From positions 34,615,508-34,654,219 of the forward strand of contig NC_068991.1 of the NCBI RefSeq assembly GCF_001194135.2: a stretch of DNA of 38,712 bases, written 5' to 3'. Position 1 is the stretch's first letter. Every line of letters starts with the position of its first letter. Under the pieces are notes generated by a model. The model was not told the DNA's origin. It worked only from the letters and a program-made list of their open reading frames with translations, and did not search any database. The position numbers and the translations under genes were made by a program. The DNA comes from Octopus bimaculoides. Its lineage: Eukaryota. This document shows, one piece after another, positions 1 through 11,101 of this stretch.

Positions 1-104
1 CATACATAAGATAAATACATATATACACACATATATACATATACATGATAGATTCTCTTGTGAATGACAAACGAGGGTTCAATAAAATAAAATGTTAATC
101 ATGT

Positions 105-515
105 TCTATGGACACAGATGTGTCTCTTGAGGCTTGCTGGTGCCTTGCAAACCTTTTGGCAAATGGAACAAGTTGAGGACTCAGTTTGCTTGAGTGCTCG
201 TGGACTATTTACTATGTGTCTCCTTGAGTGGACAACAAGGCCTGCTTTGCTTTGTGCTACAAAACCACAATGACAGGTAAGGTTTCCATTTAGAGAAGCA
301 GTGTTTTGTCAGCGTGCCCTCATGTTTGCACAAAGTTTGTGTTGCTGTTTGAGTCAACTTTGCTCAAATCTTTGAACTGAGGAGAAGCAGGTCTAGTGCC
401 AGGTCCAGTATTCTGATGCTTTGTTTTCCCAGGAAGAAAAGGGAATGTTGCATTGCTTCAGATTGTCTATTAGTTTGTCTTTGTAGTGCAAGAGTAGCCT
501 TCCAACTGACTTTCC
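105..515 (-). mobile_element. 3' end of an RTE-type LINE ORF with two C-terminal C2H2-like zinc fingers (decayed)
   Basis: Manual minus translation GKSVGRLLLHYKDKLIDNLKQCNIPFSSWENKASEYWTW..CFSSVQRFEQ..TCHCGFVAQSKAGLVVHSRRH..CSICQKV(fs)CKAPASLKRHICVH resembles the RTE C-terminal GRPxLRYKD/W..W..R region. Several stops and a frameshift. Confidence 0.75.
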
Positions 516-596
516 TATTGGGAATAAGTCAAAAAGAAGTTGCTTTTGAAATTCTGATATCTCTCATATGTAAGAGATGACCTGAGATAAATATAT

Positions 597-653
597 ATGT
601 ATTTCTCTCTCTCTCTCTCTCTATTATATATATACATATACATATATATATAT
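597..653. repeat. (CT)n/(TA)n microsatellite abutting assembly gap 654-1200
   Basis: Direct reading. Confidence 0.95.
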
Positions 654-1200
654 NNNNNNNNNNNNNNNNNNNNNNNNNNNNNNNNNNNNNNNNNNNNNNN
701 NNNNNNNNNNNNNNNNNNNNNNNNNNNNNNNNNNNNNNNNNNNNNNNNNNNNNNNNNNNNNNNNNNNNNNNNNNNNNNNNNNNNNNNNNNNNNNNNNNNN
801 NNNNNNNNNNNNNNNNNNNNNNNNNNNNNNNNNNNNNNNNNNNNNNNNNNNNNNNNNNNNNNNNNNNNNNNNNNNNNNNNNNNNNNNNNNNNNNNNNNNN
901 NNNNNNNNNNNNNNNNNNNNNNNNNNNNNNNNNNNNNNNNNNNNNNNNNNNNNNNNNNNNNNNNNNNNNNNNNNNNNNNNNNNNNNNNNNNNNNNNNNNN
1001 NNNNNNNNNNNNNNNNNNNNNNNNNNNNNNNNNNNNNNNNNNNNNNNNNNNNNNNNNNNNNNNNNNNNNNNNNNNNNNNNNNNNNNNNNNNNNNNNNNNN
1101 NNNNNNNNNNNNNNNNNNNNNNNNNNNNNNNNNNNNNNNNNNNNNNNNNNNNNNNNNNNNNNNNNNNNNNNNNNNNNNNNNNNNNNNNNNNNNNNNNNNN

Positions 1201-2030
1201 ATAAAAGAAGCACTCCATCGGTTACAATGACGAGGGTCCCAGCTGACACAATCAACGGAAAGTGTATGCTATGGATGCATAAGAGATGCAGTGGAATTGT
1301 GTGAAAGTTATCAAATTAGGTTGCTTTCATGTGTGGCAGATGCACAAAAACAATAAGTACAAAGAGCACAAGGGCCTTAAACTCTCTCAAATACCTCTTT
1401 TGAGGTATAAAGATAGTTTCTGCTATTTAGCTGACCAAATAAGTACCAGTTGTGGATGCTCTGAAAGTATTGTTTCTCGAATAAGTATAGGATGGAGAAA
1501 GTCCAAAGAACTACTACCTCTGTAGGCAGCAAAAGGACTCACTTTCTGAGAGAAAGGTAAATTGTATGATACTTGTGTGAGAATGGCTATGTTACATGGT
1601 AGTGAGAAATGGACTCTGACTGCAGAGGACTTGCATAGATTGGAGAGAAACGAAGGTGGTATGCTCCACTGAATGTGCAACATCAGTGTGCATGACCAAG
1701 AAAGTGCAACTGTGTTGAGAGAAAAGTTAGGTATAAGGGGATTAAATGTAGTATGCAGGAGAGGAAAATGTGTTGGTTTGGACATGTGATGCATATGAGT
1801 GAAGACAGTTGTATACAAAAGTGCCTGTCACTGAAAGGAAGAGGGAGACCCAGGAAGACATGGGATGAAGTAGTGAGGGCTAATCTTACGGTGTTGGAGC
1901 TCACGGAGTAAATGACAATGGACCAAGCTGTTTGGTGACATGAGGTTCTAGAGAAGATCTGTCCACGAAACTGAGTGCTAGAAGAGTTGTGTCCAACCCA
2001 CATGTAACAGCACACTTTTCACCCACTTTG
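1201..2030 (+). mobile_element. RTE LINE copy A, RT C-terminal part (decayed)
   Basis: KCMLWMHKRCSGI, DSFCYLADQIS, RISIGWRKSKELLPL, KGKLYDTCVRMAMLHGSEKW, RLERNEGGMLH, GRPRKTWDEVV. Homologous to copies at 8959-11101 and 18838-21375. Confidence 0.9.
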
Positions 2031-2639
2031 CCCAAAAAAACTAAACTACATCTCCTCTTCTAAACTGCATCTTTCTCTCCCTCACATTTCTTTTTCATAA
2101 ACTATGATCGTTTTCCAATCCCCTTTCTTGTCCTCACTGCCTTGCACACTGTATCGCTGCTGCTCCACCCCACCCAATTTTCCTACCCAAGTTCTATGCT
2201 CAGATTTTTGTTACTTGTGAGTATACTCTCTCTTCTGCTCTCTCTTACACTTTTGCTGTTTCCTACTCTCTCTCTCTCTCTCTTCCCCTTGGTCACACTC
2301 TCTCTCCTCTTGTTTTTCCTCTGACTAGGTAACCAAATATCTCTTTTACATCAGAACACTTATTTTTAGCCTCTTTCTTGTACCTCTCTCTCACTCTTTT
2401 CTCTCTCTCTCACTGGGTAACCATGTACCACTTCTATAGCAATATATCTTTTTCTACCTCTCTATTTCTCTGCCACACTCTAATACTAATACCCCCTCTA
2501 ATGCCCTCTCTGTTGTGGCAAGATGCCTGCTTCTGTCTCTCTATCTGTTTGTCAAACTCTAACTTTTCATCCTCTAAATTAAGTTCCCCTCCTCAAAAGC
2601 CCTTGCCCTTCTCATAATTTCTTGTCTTGCAAGTTTCTT

Positions 2640-2946
2640 GGTTACTCTGCCAGTAGGGTGTCATGTTAAAAGAATCCAGTCCACACTGTAATGTGGTTGG
2701 TGTTTGGAAGGGCATCCAGCTGTAAAAATCATGCTAAAACTAACCTCACCTGTGCTAGTGCCACATAAAAATTACTGAGGCCATTGAGCAAAGTGGTTGG
2801 TGTTAGGAAGGGCATCCAACCATAAAATCCCTGCCAAAACAGAAACAGTAGCCATGGGTAGTTTTTCTACCTGGTTGACACCAGTCAACCATCCTACCCA
2901 TGCATGCATGCATGGAAGATGGACGTTAAACAACAATGATGATGAC
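2640..2946 (+). mobile_element. RTE-family 3' terminal segments (two partial copies) ending in (GAT)n tail
   Basis: GTGGTTGGTGTT.GGAAGGGCATCCA at ~2693 and ~2793, then CATGGAAGATGGACGTTAAAC..GATGATGAT. Same end as at 14190-14344 and, reversed, at 8959 and 18838. Pyrimidine-rich spacer 2040-2640 lies upstream. Confidence 0.75.
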
Positions 2947-2952
2947 ATGTAC

Positions 2953-3019
<67 letters not shown>

Positions 3020-3078
3020 CACATACACACACATGTACATATTCACACATATACATACACACACACACACATATACAT
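2947..3078. repeat. (TG)n(TA)n(CA)n compound microsatellite
   Basis: Direct reading. Confidence 0.95.
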
Positions 3079-3209
3079 TAGGTATACTTTTATCTGAGAT
3101 ACCAGTTGAACTTAGATTGCAACAAGACATGCAAAGGGCAGTTTAGTCCAACTCACTACTTCACTAGAACTAATTCTGGGTAGAAAGCCAGAAAATAAGA
3201 TTGAAATAA

Positions 3210-3358
3210 ACAAGCAATGACACTAAGAGTGGTACCCCAACATGGCTACAGCCTCTCCCTGAAGCCAATAATAAAATGATGTTAACAAACACTAAAGCAG
3301 TGCCCCAGCTTGGCCACAGTCAAATGACTGAAACAAGTAAAAGAATAAAAGAATAAAC
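3210..3358 (+). mobile_element. SINE 3' tail remnants (two partial copies)
   Basis: ACTAAAGCAGTGCCCCAGC.TGGCCACAGTCAAATGACTGAAACAAGTAAAAGAATAAAAG matches the 3' end of the SINE at 5133-5537. Confidence 0.75.
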
Positions 3359-3439
3359 ATCAATGTATGTAGACAGTGCTTTTCTTGTGAAACAAATAAT
3401 GTAAACATTCACACAAACACACACATACATATATACTCA

Positions 3440-4092
3440 CACACAATTAGCTTCCAAACAGTTTCCAGTAACCAAGTTCACTCACAAGGTTTTGGTTATG
3501 CATGGATATAGTAGAAGAGACTTGGCCTGTGTTTTACTTTAAACTGCATCTGCCAATGGAACCCTGGTTCAGAAGTTCTAGGGTTTTGAGAAGTGTGCAA
3601 CCACCTCTTAGCCACTATTATTCCCAAGAGTAGAAGCACCTATCCCGATTCTGAGTTGATTAGCATATGAGGGTTTGCCTACCTATGCATGTGAAGAACT
3701 GATTTGGTGGACTTTGAGGAAGAAATCTGCAGAGTTTAATGGAGGGGAGAGTGGCTGCAGTAACGCATTGTGGAGCATAGAGTGCAAGATGAGGCAAGTA
3801 AGACATCATGACCATCTACTACATCTGTTTTCATCCCCAGTCATCTTGACCTGGTCATGCCATTGGATTGAAGGTGGTCATGGATGTGAGAATGAAGTTG
3901 ATGGTGTGCAACACCCTTCTTCACTTTAAACCAAGTTGCTGTGTAAATCACCAGTTATCTGTAAGGATGACTAGATGGTCATCATTGCTCTGATGGATGA
4001 ATGGACAGAAGACACTTGCCAAGGTGCCATGCAGTGGGACTGAACCTGAAAGCACTTGGTTGAGAAACTAGATTGTAAGCACACAGCCGTAC
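3440..4092 (-). mobile_element. tRNA-derived SINE 5' half, interrupted by a 479-bp insertion (3528-4006)
   Basis: Flanks match the reverse complement of SINE 5133-5290 (GAAGACACTTGCC-AAGGTGCCATGCAGTGGGACTGAACC...CACACAGCC). Target duplication AGAAGAGACTTGGCC (3513-3527) / AGAAGACACTTGCC (4007-4020). Confidence 0.8.
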
Positions 4093-5132
4093 CTGAACCT
4101 CATGCACACACATACACGCTTGCTTGAACAGCTGGCTGTTTGCCATAGAAGACTATTCATTATGTTTCCAACTTTAATATTGCAATTATCAGCCTCGTTA
4201 AATATTTGGTTGTTATTTACATCCCACACTTAAAGAAAGCTTTTATTGAAGATTGTAGTGATATTCTATTGAAACTTCATTCATAATGCAGAGATTCACT
4301 TACAAACAAACATGGCTGTACATAACTTACATCAACAACACCGAGAAGAACAAAAGAGAATAACGTAAAAGGTAAATAGTCATTATTAGTTGCAGTTAGA
4401 GATGACACAATAACTATAATGTAATTTCTTCTTGGAGTAATGGATTCAGTAATAAATTATATAAATGTTAACCTTGTATTGACTATATGAAGAGATTGAA
4501 AATATAGTAAGATGAACTTAAGAGCTAAATTATTTCACTACAAAACAATTATGCCAACAAGCAACATTTAGGAGAAATGTTAATTTTGATTTAATTCCCA
4601 AAAATGTGAACAAGGATATCAATAAATTAATACCTTTCTAGAACATACTGACAGCAGACCTGAAAAACTGCTACTAGGTTTCCTCACAGGAAGTAAGACT
4701 CAACATTTAGGTGTCTGTGACTAGAGGAGCTACCTCATTAATTAGTGTATCATGAAACAGGTGTGCAAAGAACATAGATAACTGAAATGTTTCATTAGTT
4801 AAATGTTTCAAGAAAAAGATTATTTCATTTTTAAAACTTCTGCTACATGATGCAGTATATATGACTAGTATTGATTAAGAGACCTGTTGAGTGGATATTG
4901 ACTGTGATTAGTGATAAAGGTTGGAAATATTTACAACAGTATTGTCCCCATTATTTTGGCAAATAAGTATCTTTTTATACACCCCTTCTACAACTGTTAA
5001 GGAGTATATTACATATATTAAAGCAAAACAATTTTGAAAATGTTATCATGGATTTACAAAAGGGAAAAATAGATAATAGAGCTTTGAAAGATTATCATTA
5101 AGCAAACAAATAACTACAAATTCTCATCAACA

Positions 5133-5537
5133 GGCACAGGAGTGGCTGTGTGGTAAGTAGCTTGCTTACCAACCACACGGTTTCAGGTTTAGTCCCACTG
5201 CGTGGCACCTTGGGAAGGTGTCTTCTGCTATAGCCTCGGGCCCACCAAAGCCTTGTGAGTGGATTTGGTAGACGGAACCTGAAAGAAGCCCGTCGTATAT
5301 ATGTATATATATATGTGTGTGTGTGTATATGTTTGTGGGTCTGTGTTTGTCCCCCCCAACATCACTTGACAACCAATGCTGGTGTGTTTACATCCCCGTA
5401 ACTTAGCAGTTCGGCAAAAGACCGATAGAATAAGTACTAGGCTTACAAAGAATAAGTCCTGGGGCTGATTTGCTTGACTAAAGGCAAGCTCCAGCATGGC
5501 CGCACTCAAATGACTGAAACAAATAAAAGAATAAAAA
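5133..5537 (+). mobile_element. Full-length tRNA-derived SINE with central (TA)/(TG) microsatellite
   Basis: A-box-like TGGCTGTGTGG (5143), B-box-like GGTTTAGTCCC (5186), AATAAAAGAATAAAA tail. Further copies at 3440, 29280 and 32265. Confidence 0.9.
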
Positions 5538-6069
5538 GTAACAAAAATTAAAACATGAGCGTAAAAAGAGTACATGTGTATAAACTGATCACCGTCAAAC
5601 AGGAATTAAAAGCTGAAAGAAAAAATAAATAAGAGATTCAACTGAAATCTATCTGTATTTGTAAGAGAAATGAGAGGAAAATGAAAGAAGTCTATACAGG
5701 TACACCAGGAAGATAGAGAAAAATTCTGGAGAAAAATCTTGAGTGAGAAGGAGGAGCTTATTTGATTGACCGCTACAAACAAGCACTCAATGGAGATACA
5801 AGTATACTAAGGTAGCTGACATTGGCAAAAGCAATTTTGAAGAAGAAAAAAACCTCACTTATAAGGTAAGAGCTATCAACTAACTGCAAGCCAGAATATA
5901 AGACGAAATGTACACCTATCTGAAACTGTTATTCTAGGATCACTATGATAGTAACAGTGTCCTCATAAATGAACAAGCAGCTGGGAAGAAAGAAGTATGG
6001 GTATGTGTGGAACAATAGCAAATTAACAAAACTGTGATGTCAGAGGTCCAAAGCATAGGGAGAATTTGG

Positions 6070-6133
6070 TTTCAGTTGGATTCTCCACGTGTAGATATTT
6101 CATGTTTCAGTTGCATTCTCCACATGTAGATGC
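6070..6133. repeat. ~35-bp imperfect tandem duplication inside the R4-like RT
   Basis: TTTCAGTTGGATTCTCCACGTGTAGAT / TTTCAGTTGCATTCTCCACATGTAGAT. Confidence 0.85.
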
Positions 6134-7057
6134 TAGAGGCTCTTTGATTTGTTAAAGTTCCAGAGACGACAATTAGGACCACAGATAACCTAGTTTCATC
6201 ATGGGCCACCACCCTGAAGCTAAATACAAGTGATTGTAAAACCAGTGTTGGAATTATATATTACAAGGAGAGGGTCTCTGTGATTTCTAAACTTGCAGTT
6301 AACCCCACTGAGGAAATCTGAAGGATATGCAATTACCTCACAAGAAGACCGAAATTTCCAACATGATACATAGTCTTTTTAACATATGACCTGAAAATGT
6401 ATACTGAAAAATGTGAATGGTATAAAGAAGAGCTTTGGCCTGGTTATGTATTCTCTAAGGGTACAGAAATGGAGTTTAATCAAGGTAAATGTTCCTGACT
6501 AAAAAGTGAGGGAAAATAACAAGCCAATCTCCAATTTTTATTTTCATCAATATCCAACGAGGAATGCAACAGTTATCTTGGGATAGATGAAAATACATTC
6601 TATGATGAGCAAAGAATAAAAAAAAATCAGTGACCCACAATTTGCCCTACAATACTTATAGTAATATTTGGGATAATTTATTTGGATACCAGATGAGACC
6701 CAGACTTTTTACGTTTGTATCAGTCTAACTAAAACAAAAACTGCAAGGCAGAAGCTTAACTTCAATTCAAAGAACCTTTGATGATTGAGCCATATCCCTT
6801 TGACAGCAAAATCTATGAAACACTGAACTGCATCTATGGATCAAATCTGTATACATGAAGCAAATAGAATAATGCAAGCTGAAAAAGAGAGTCTCAGAAA
6901 ATATTCCCTGATTGAAAATCAGAGATACACTCCCAATTAAGTTGAAATAGAATGAGACAAAAAAATTTCTTTTTCTCAGCTGATGGTTATTTATGGCTAA
7001 GCTTCAAAATGACAGTAACATAGATAACCAAAGTAGTCTTACCTTAGAACAAGTATA

Positions 7058-7277
7058 CAGTAATACCTCGACTATTGCGGGTGTTACATTCTAAAACCCC
7101 GTGGTAGGTGAAAATCCATGAAGTAGAAACAGTACTGTACTGTATATACTTATTTTTATTTTTATAATTTGTATATATTTATTTTATTATAAGTGCAAAA
7201 CAACACCATGGAGGAATTGACATAAGCTTAAATAATAAACTGTGATAGGTGAACCGTGATATGGTGAGGGGTTACAG
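7058..7277. mobile_element. pogo/Tigger-like MITE with TA target duplication
   Basis: TA|CAGTAATACCTCGACTATTGCGG ... CCGTGATATGGTGAGGGGTTACAG|TA, an imperfect TIR. The R4-like sequence resumes on both sides. Confidence 0.7.
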
Positions 7278-8354
7278 TACTAGATCTCACTTTGAAAGGT
7301 ATTATTTTGAAACCCAAGAACAGGAACTACCAACAAAATACTTGATGTACAAAAAATATAGGCAGTAATTAAGACCGAAGATATAAGTCATACCATATGC
7401 AGCTGTCCAAAGATGTAATCATTTAGCTATGAGAAATAATGCCACAGCCAAAACAATATGCACTGTAATCTGCATAGGAAAAATAATCCTGAAGATAAAA
7501 CATACGAAGGTACAGTGATGTAGAGGGCATACTCACCCGTAATATGAAAGAATACTGGTGGAATGTTCTTGTCAAAACCTTTGTAAAATGTAGGCATAAC
7601 AGACCAGACAATGATCTGAGACAGAGAAAAAAAAGTATGCACTGTTGTAGAAGTCAGTTGCCCAGCAGACACTAACAAAGTAAACAGCTCTGCTGAACAA
7701 ATGAGAAATCTGAAGATACTCCATCCAGACTATAATTTAAGATTTACATCTGTAATTACTGGGATACTAGGTTACATAACTAACTGCCTAAACACTTCTC
7801 TTGAGAAACTTGATTTCACAAAAACAGAAAGAACTCAATTTAGAAACTAGATATTAATGAAACTGAAAAATATTCCACAAGTTAAGTTTGCAGTAGGTAG
7901 ATTTAAACATACATGTAGATGTATAGATACACAAGCATATACATAATTACACATCTTTGGTGTCACCTTAAAGCCAAGGATATGTTCAAAGTTATTTTCT
8001 TTCTTCTTAATCATTATTATTGATACTTCATATCAAATAAGTCAGCAGCAACTTCTCCTCTGCAAGCTCACCTCTATTTCTTAAGGTTTTCCATGACATT
8101 TTCCTAGTAATCGTGTAGGATGTTCAACAATAGATGATCATCTTGATTGAGTCACAGAAGGACCTTGCAGAGTTCTTCTTCGTTGTAGCTCTTGAGCAAT
8201 GACTCTCTGCAATCTCAGAGTATAGTATCTGATATCCTTTTTACATGTCTTAATAGAGTTGATAATTTTCAGCAATGGATTTTGTTCTTGCCATGTTTTT
8301 TGTTCACTGCTTGAAAATCCAATTTGATGTTCAAAAGTCACTCCCAGGTTTATT

Positions 8355-8626
8355 TGTGTGATGATGTGAGTTGTGCAGATTGAGTGTAAGAATAGCATTA
8401 CCCAAGTAAATATTTGGATATGGTTATCTAGAATAACCTTTTGCAGAATTAGTATGTTCATACAGAATGCACTCCATACTACTGAAAATGTAGTTATGAT
8501 ATTAAACTAACACAGTAACCAATACTGTCAACTGTCAACACTGTCAACTACTCACAGTTCACACAGTTTCTTTATTTTACTGAAATGCATTAGTCCACTT
8601 TCAGTGATGTGGAAGTAGTCAGGATC
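8355..8626 (-). repeat. Gypsy 3' LTR preceded by polypurine tract AAAAAAGGGAG (8626-8636)
   Basis: Same-orientation homology to 15773-16045, roughly 75-80% by eye. The first ~10 nt of the LTR appear lost. Confidence 0.8.
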
Positions 8627-8958
8627 TCCCTTTTTTGAGAATTAAACTCCATCTAGAGTTTAATATCCCTTAGGCTTAGGGTTTAATCCCAGTGTTTCTG
8701 TCCTTTTCCTATTTCTGGTACTTGAATATGTAGTTTCAAATTGTTTGGGTGTTGGTACCTCAAACATGTCAAAAAAACTTCCATGGGAATTTCATCTCTC
8801 ATGACCGTTTCTTCCGTAAATCTTTATTTAAGTTGGGTTTTATTTTCTAAATTTTTTCCTTTTACCAAGAATAACACTTTTCCAATTTGTTTAATAATTA
8901 CCCCCACCCCCATCTTTCTTTACCATACCTATACATTTTAAAAGAAACCTTGTCACTT

Positions 8959-11101
8959 CATCATCATCATCAGCATCATCGTCGCTTAACGTCCGCTTTC
9001 CATGCTAGCATGGGTTGGACGATTTGACTGAGGACTGGCAAGCCAGAAGGCTGCACCAGGCTCCATTCTGATCTGGCAGAGTTTCTACAGCTGGATGCCC
9101 TTCCTAATGCCAACCACTCCGAGAGTGTAGTGGGTACTTTTACGTGCCACCGGCACGAGGGCCAGTCACATGGTACTGGCAACAGCCACACTCAAAAATG
9201 TGTTTTTTACGTGCGACCTGCACGAGAGCCAGTCCAGCGGCACTGGCAACAACCTCGCTCGAATGATTTTCTAGCATGCCACCAGCACAAGTGCTAAAAG
9301 GCAACACTGGTAACGATTATGCTCAAATGGTGCTATTTACGGGCCACTAGCATGGAAATCAGACAGCTGCTCTGGCAATGAATAAGCTCAGACAGTGCTG
9401 CTAGTGCTCCACTGGCGCAGGTGCCAGTCATCGAGTATGGTTCAATTATCGTTTTACTTGCCCCAACAGGTCTTCGCAAGCAGAGTTTAGTGTCCAATGA
9501 AGGAGAGGCTGGCATGGGTGCCAGTCGTCGGATTCGGTTCGAATTCAGATTTCAAATTCCAAATTCACTTGCCTCAACAGGTCTTCGCAAGCAGGGTTTT
9601 TAGTGTCCAAAGAAGTAAAGATACGAATTAGTGAGCTGGCTACACTTCTGGCAGAGGTCACAGATTATGCTCTCACTTGCCTTGCCGGGTCTCCTCACGT
9701 ACTGCATATTTCCAATGGTCATTGCCTCGGTGAGGCCTAAAGTTCGGAGGTCGCGCTTCACCTCATCCCAGGTCTACCTCTTCTACAGGTTCCCTCAACT
9801 GCTAGGGTGTGGCACTTTTTCACACAGCTATCCTCATCCATTCTTGCCAAATGTCCATGCCAGCGCAATCGTCTCTCTTGCACACCACAACTGACGCTTC
9901 TTAGGTCTAACTTTTCTCTCAAGGTACTTACACTCTGTTGAGTATGCACACTGACATTACACATCCATCGGAGCATACTGGCTTCGTTTCTTGCAAGCTT
10001 ACGCATGTCCTCAGCAGTCACGGCCCATGTCTCACTGCCATGTAGCATGGCTGTTCGTACACATGCGTCATACAGTCTGCCTTTTACTCCGAGTGAGAGG
10101 CCCTTTGTCACCAGCAGAAGTAAGAGCTCTCTAAACTTTGCCCAGGCTATTCTTATTCTAGCAGCTACACTTTCAGTGCACCCTCCCCCGCTACAAACTT
10201 GGTCACCTAGGTAGTGGAAGCTATCAACTACTTCTAGTTTTTCTCCCTGGAGTGTGGCACATTTTCAGTGTTTATTGCTCCTGAGCATCTGTCACATACA
10301 AAAACTATCATCCCAGTTAGCCTTCCTTTGATATTGCTGCACCTCTTATGTGTCCATAGCTTACACTGAGTACATCTTATCAAGTTTTTACCTACGCCTT
10401 TTCTACAGATCGACCAGGGCTATCTACCTGAAGGGTTTGTGTTTTGTCTACCTTCCTTCTTATTAGGACTTTGGTTTTAGCTAAGTTGACCCTAAGGCCC
10501 TTCGATTCTAGTCCTTGCTTCCACACCTGAAACTTCTCCGCTAGTTCTGATAGTGACTCAGCAATTAGGTCAAGGTCATCAGCATAGAGGAGCTGCCAGG
10601 GACATCCTGTGTTATTGCCTGGAGGACTATGATAAATAGGAGGGGGCTGAGGACCGAACCTTGGTGGACCCCTACCTCAACCTGGAATTCTTCACTGTAC
10701 TCGTTGCCAACCCTCACCTTACTGACAGCCTCCCTGTACATGGCTCGCACAGCTCTCACTAATCATTCTTCTATCCCTAGTTTCCTTATTGAGCACCAGA
10801 TAAGGGAGCAGGGAACCCTGTCAAAGGCTTTCTCCATGTCAATGAAAGCCAGGTACAGAGGTTTATCCTTGGCTAGGTATTTCTCCTGCAGCTGTCTTAC
10901 CAGAAATATAGCATCAATGGTGCTTTTTCCTGGAACGAACCCAAACTGCATCTCATCTAACTTGATACCTCTATAATTGCTTGTGTCTAAAGTGTCACCT
11001 TTACCTTTGTTGTAGCTGACTATGGTGCTGCTACACCAGTCATTGGGTATGACTCCTTCGTGTATCACCTGATTAACTATATGGGTGACTAGGCTATGGC
11101 T
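8959..11101 (-). mobile_element. RTE LINE copy B, 5'-truncated, inserted in the Gypsy integrase
   Basis: GVIPNDW, YRGIKL, QFGFVPGKSTIDAIF, AFIDMEKAFDRVP, GVHQGSVLSPLLF, LYADDL, HYLGD, GRLYDACVRTAMLHGSETW, RLRWHGH. Repeat-rich 3' UTR and (GAT)n tail at 8959-8985. Confidence 0.95.

Larger units (their letters stand above)
4300..7900 (+). mobile_element. R4/Dong-like non-LTR retrotransposon with restriction-like endonuclease (heavily decayed, interrupted by a SINE and a MITE)
   Basis: Fragments in order: EKFWRKIL; QDHxDSNSVLINEQAAGKKEVWVCVEQ.QINKTV; ILQGEGL; xDLKMY (degenerate DDLK); GTEMEFNQGKC; SYLGIDEN; QEQELPTKYL; EDISHTICSCP (knuckle); EYWWNV..KCRHNRPD..DREKKVCTVVEVSCP (RLE, 7550-7670). 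5' boundary approximate. Confidence 0.8.

Noticed and set aside
515-1304. Long ORF-track entries spanning N-gaps (also 23550-24248, 26906-27469, 28151-29036, 29451-31057, 35799-37546)
   Set aside because: They consist of X residues and YI/CV/HT microsatellite translations; artefacts.
2040-2640. Hydrophobic Leu/Ser-rich ORFs (also 33034-33468) that look like membrane proteins
   Set aside because: Translations of CT-rich low-complexity sequence next to RTE 3' regions.
3528-4006. Solo LTR interpretation because of TG...CA ends
   Set aside because: The ~14-bp TSD does not fit integrase-mediated insertion; kept as an unidentified insert.
6385-6480. Penelope RT reading (TYDLKMY, GTEMG-like)
   Set aside because: Surrounding motifs (EQAAGKK, LQGEG, KC, YLGIDEN, RPD..E..CP) fit an R4/Dong-type RT in the correct order.
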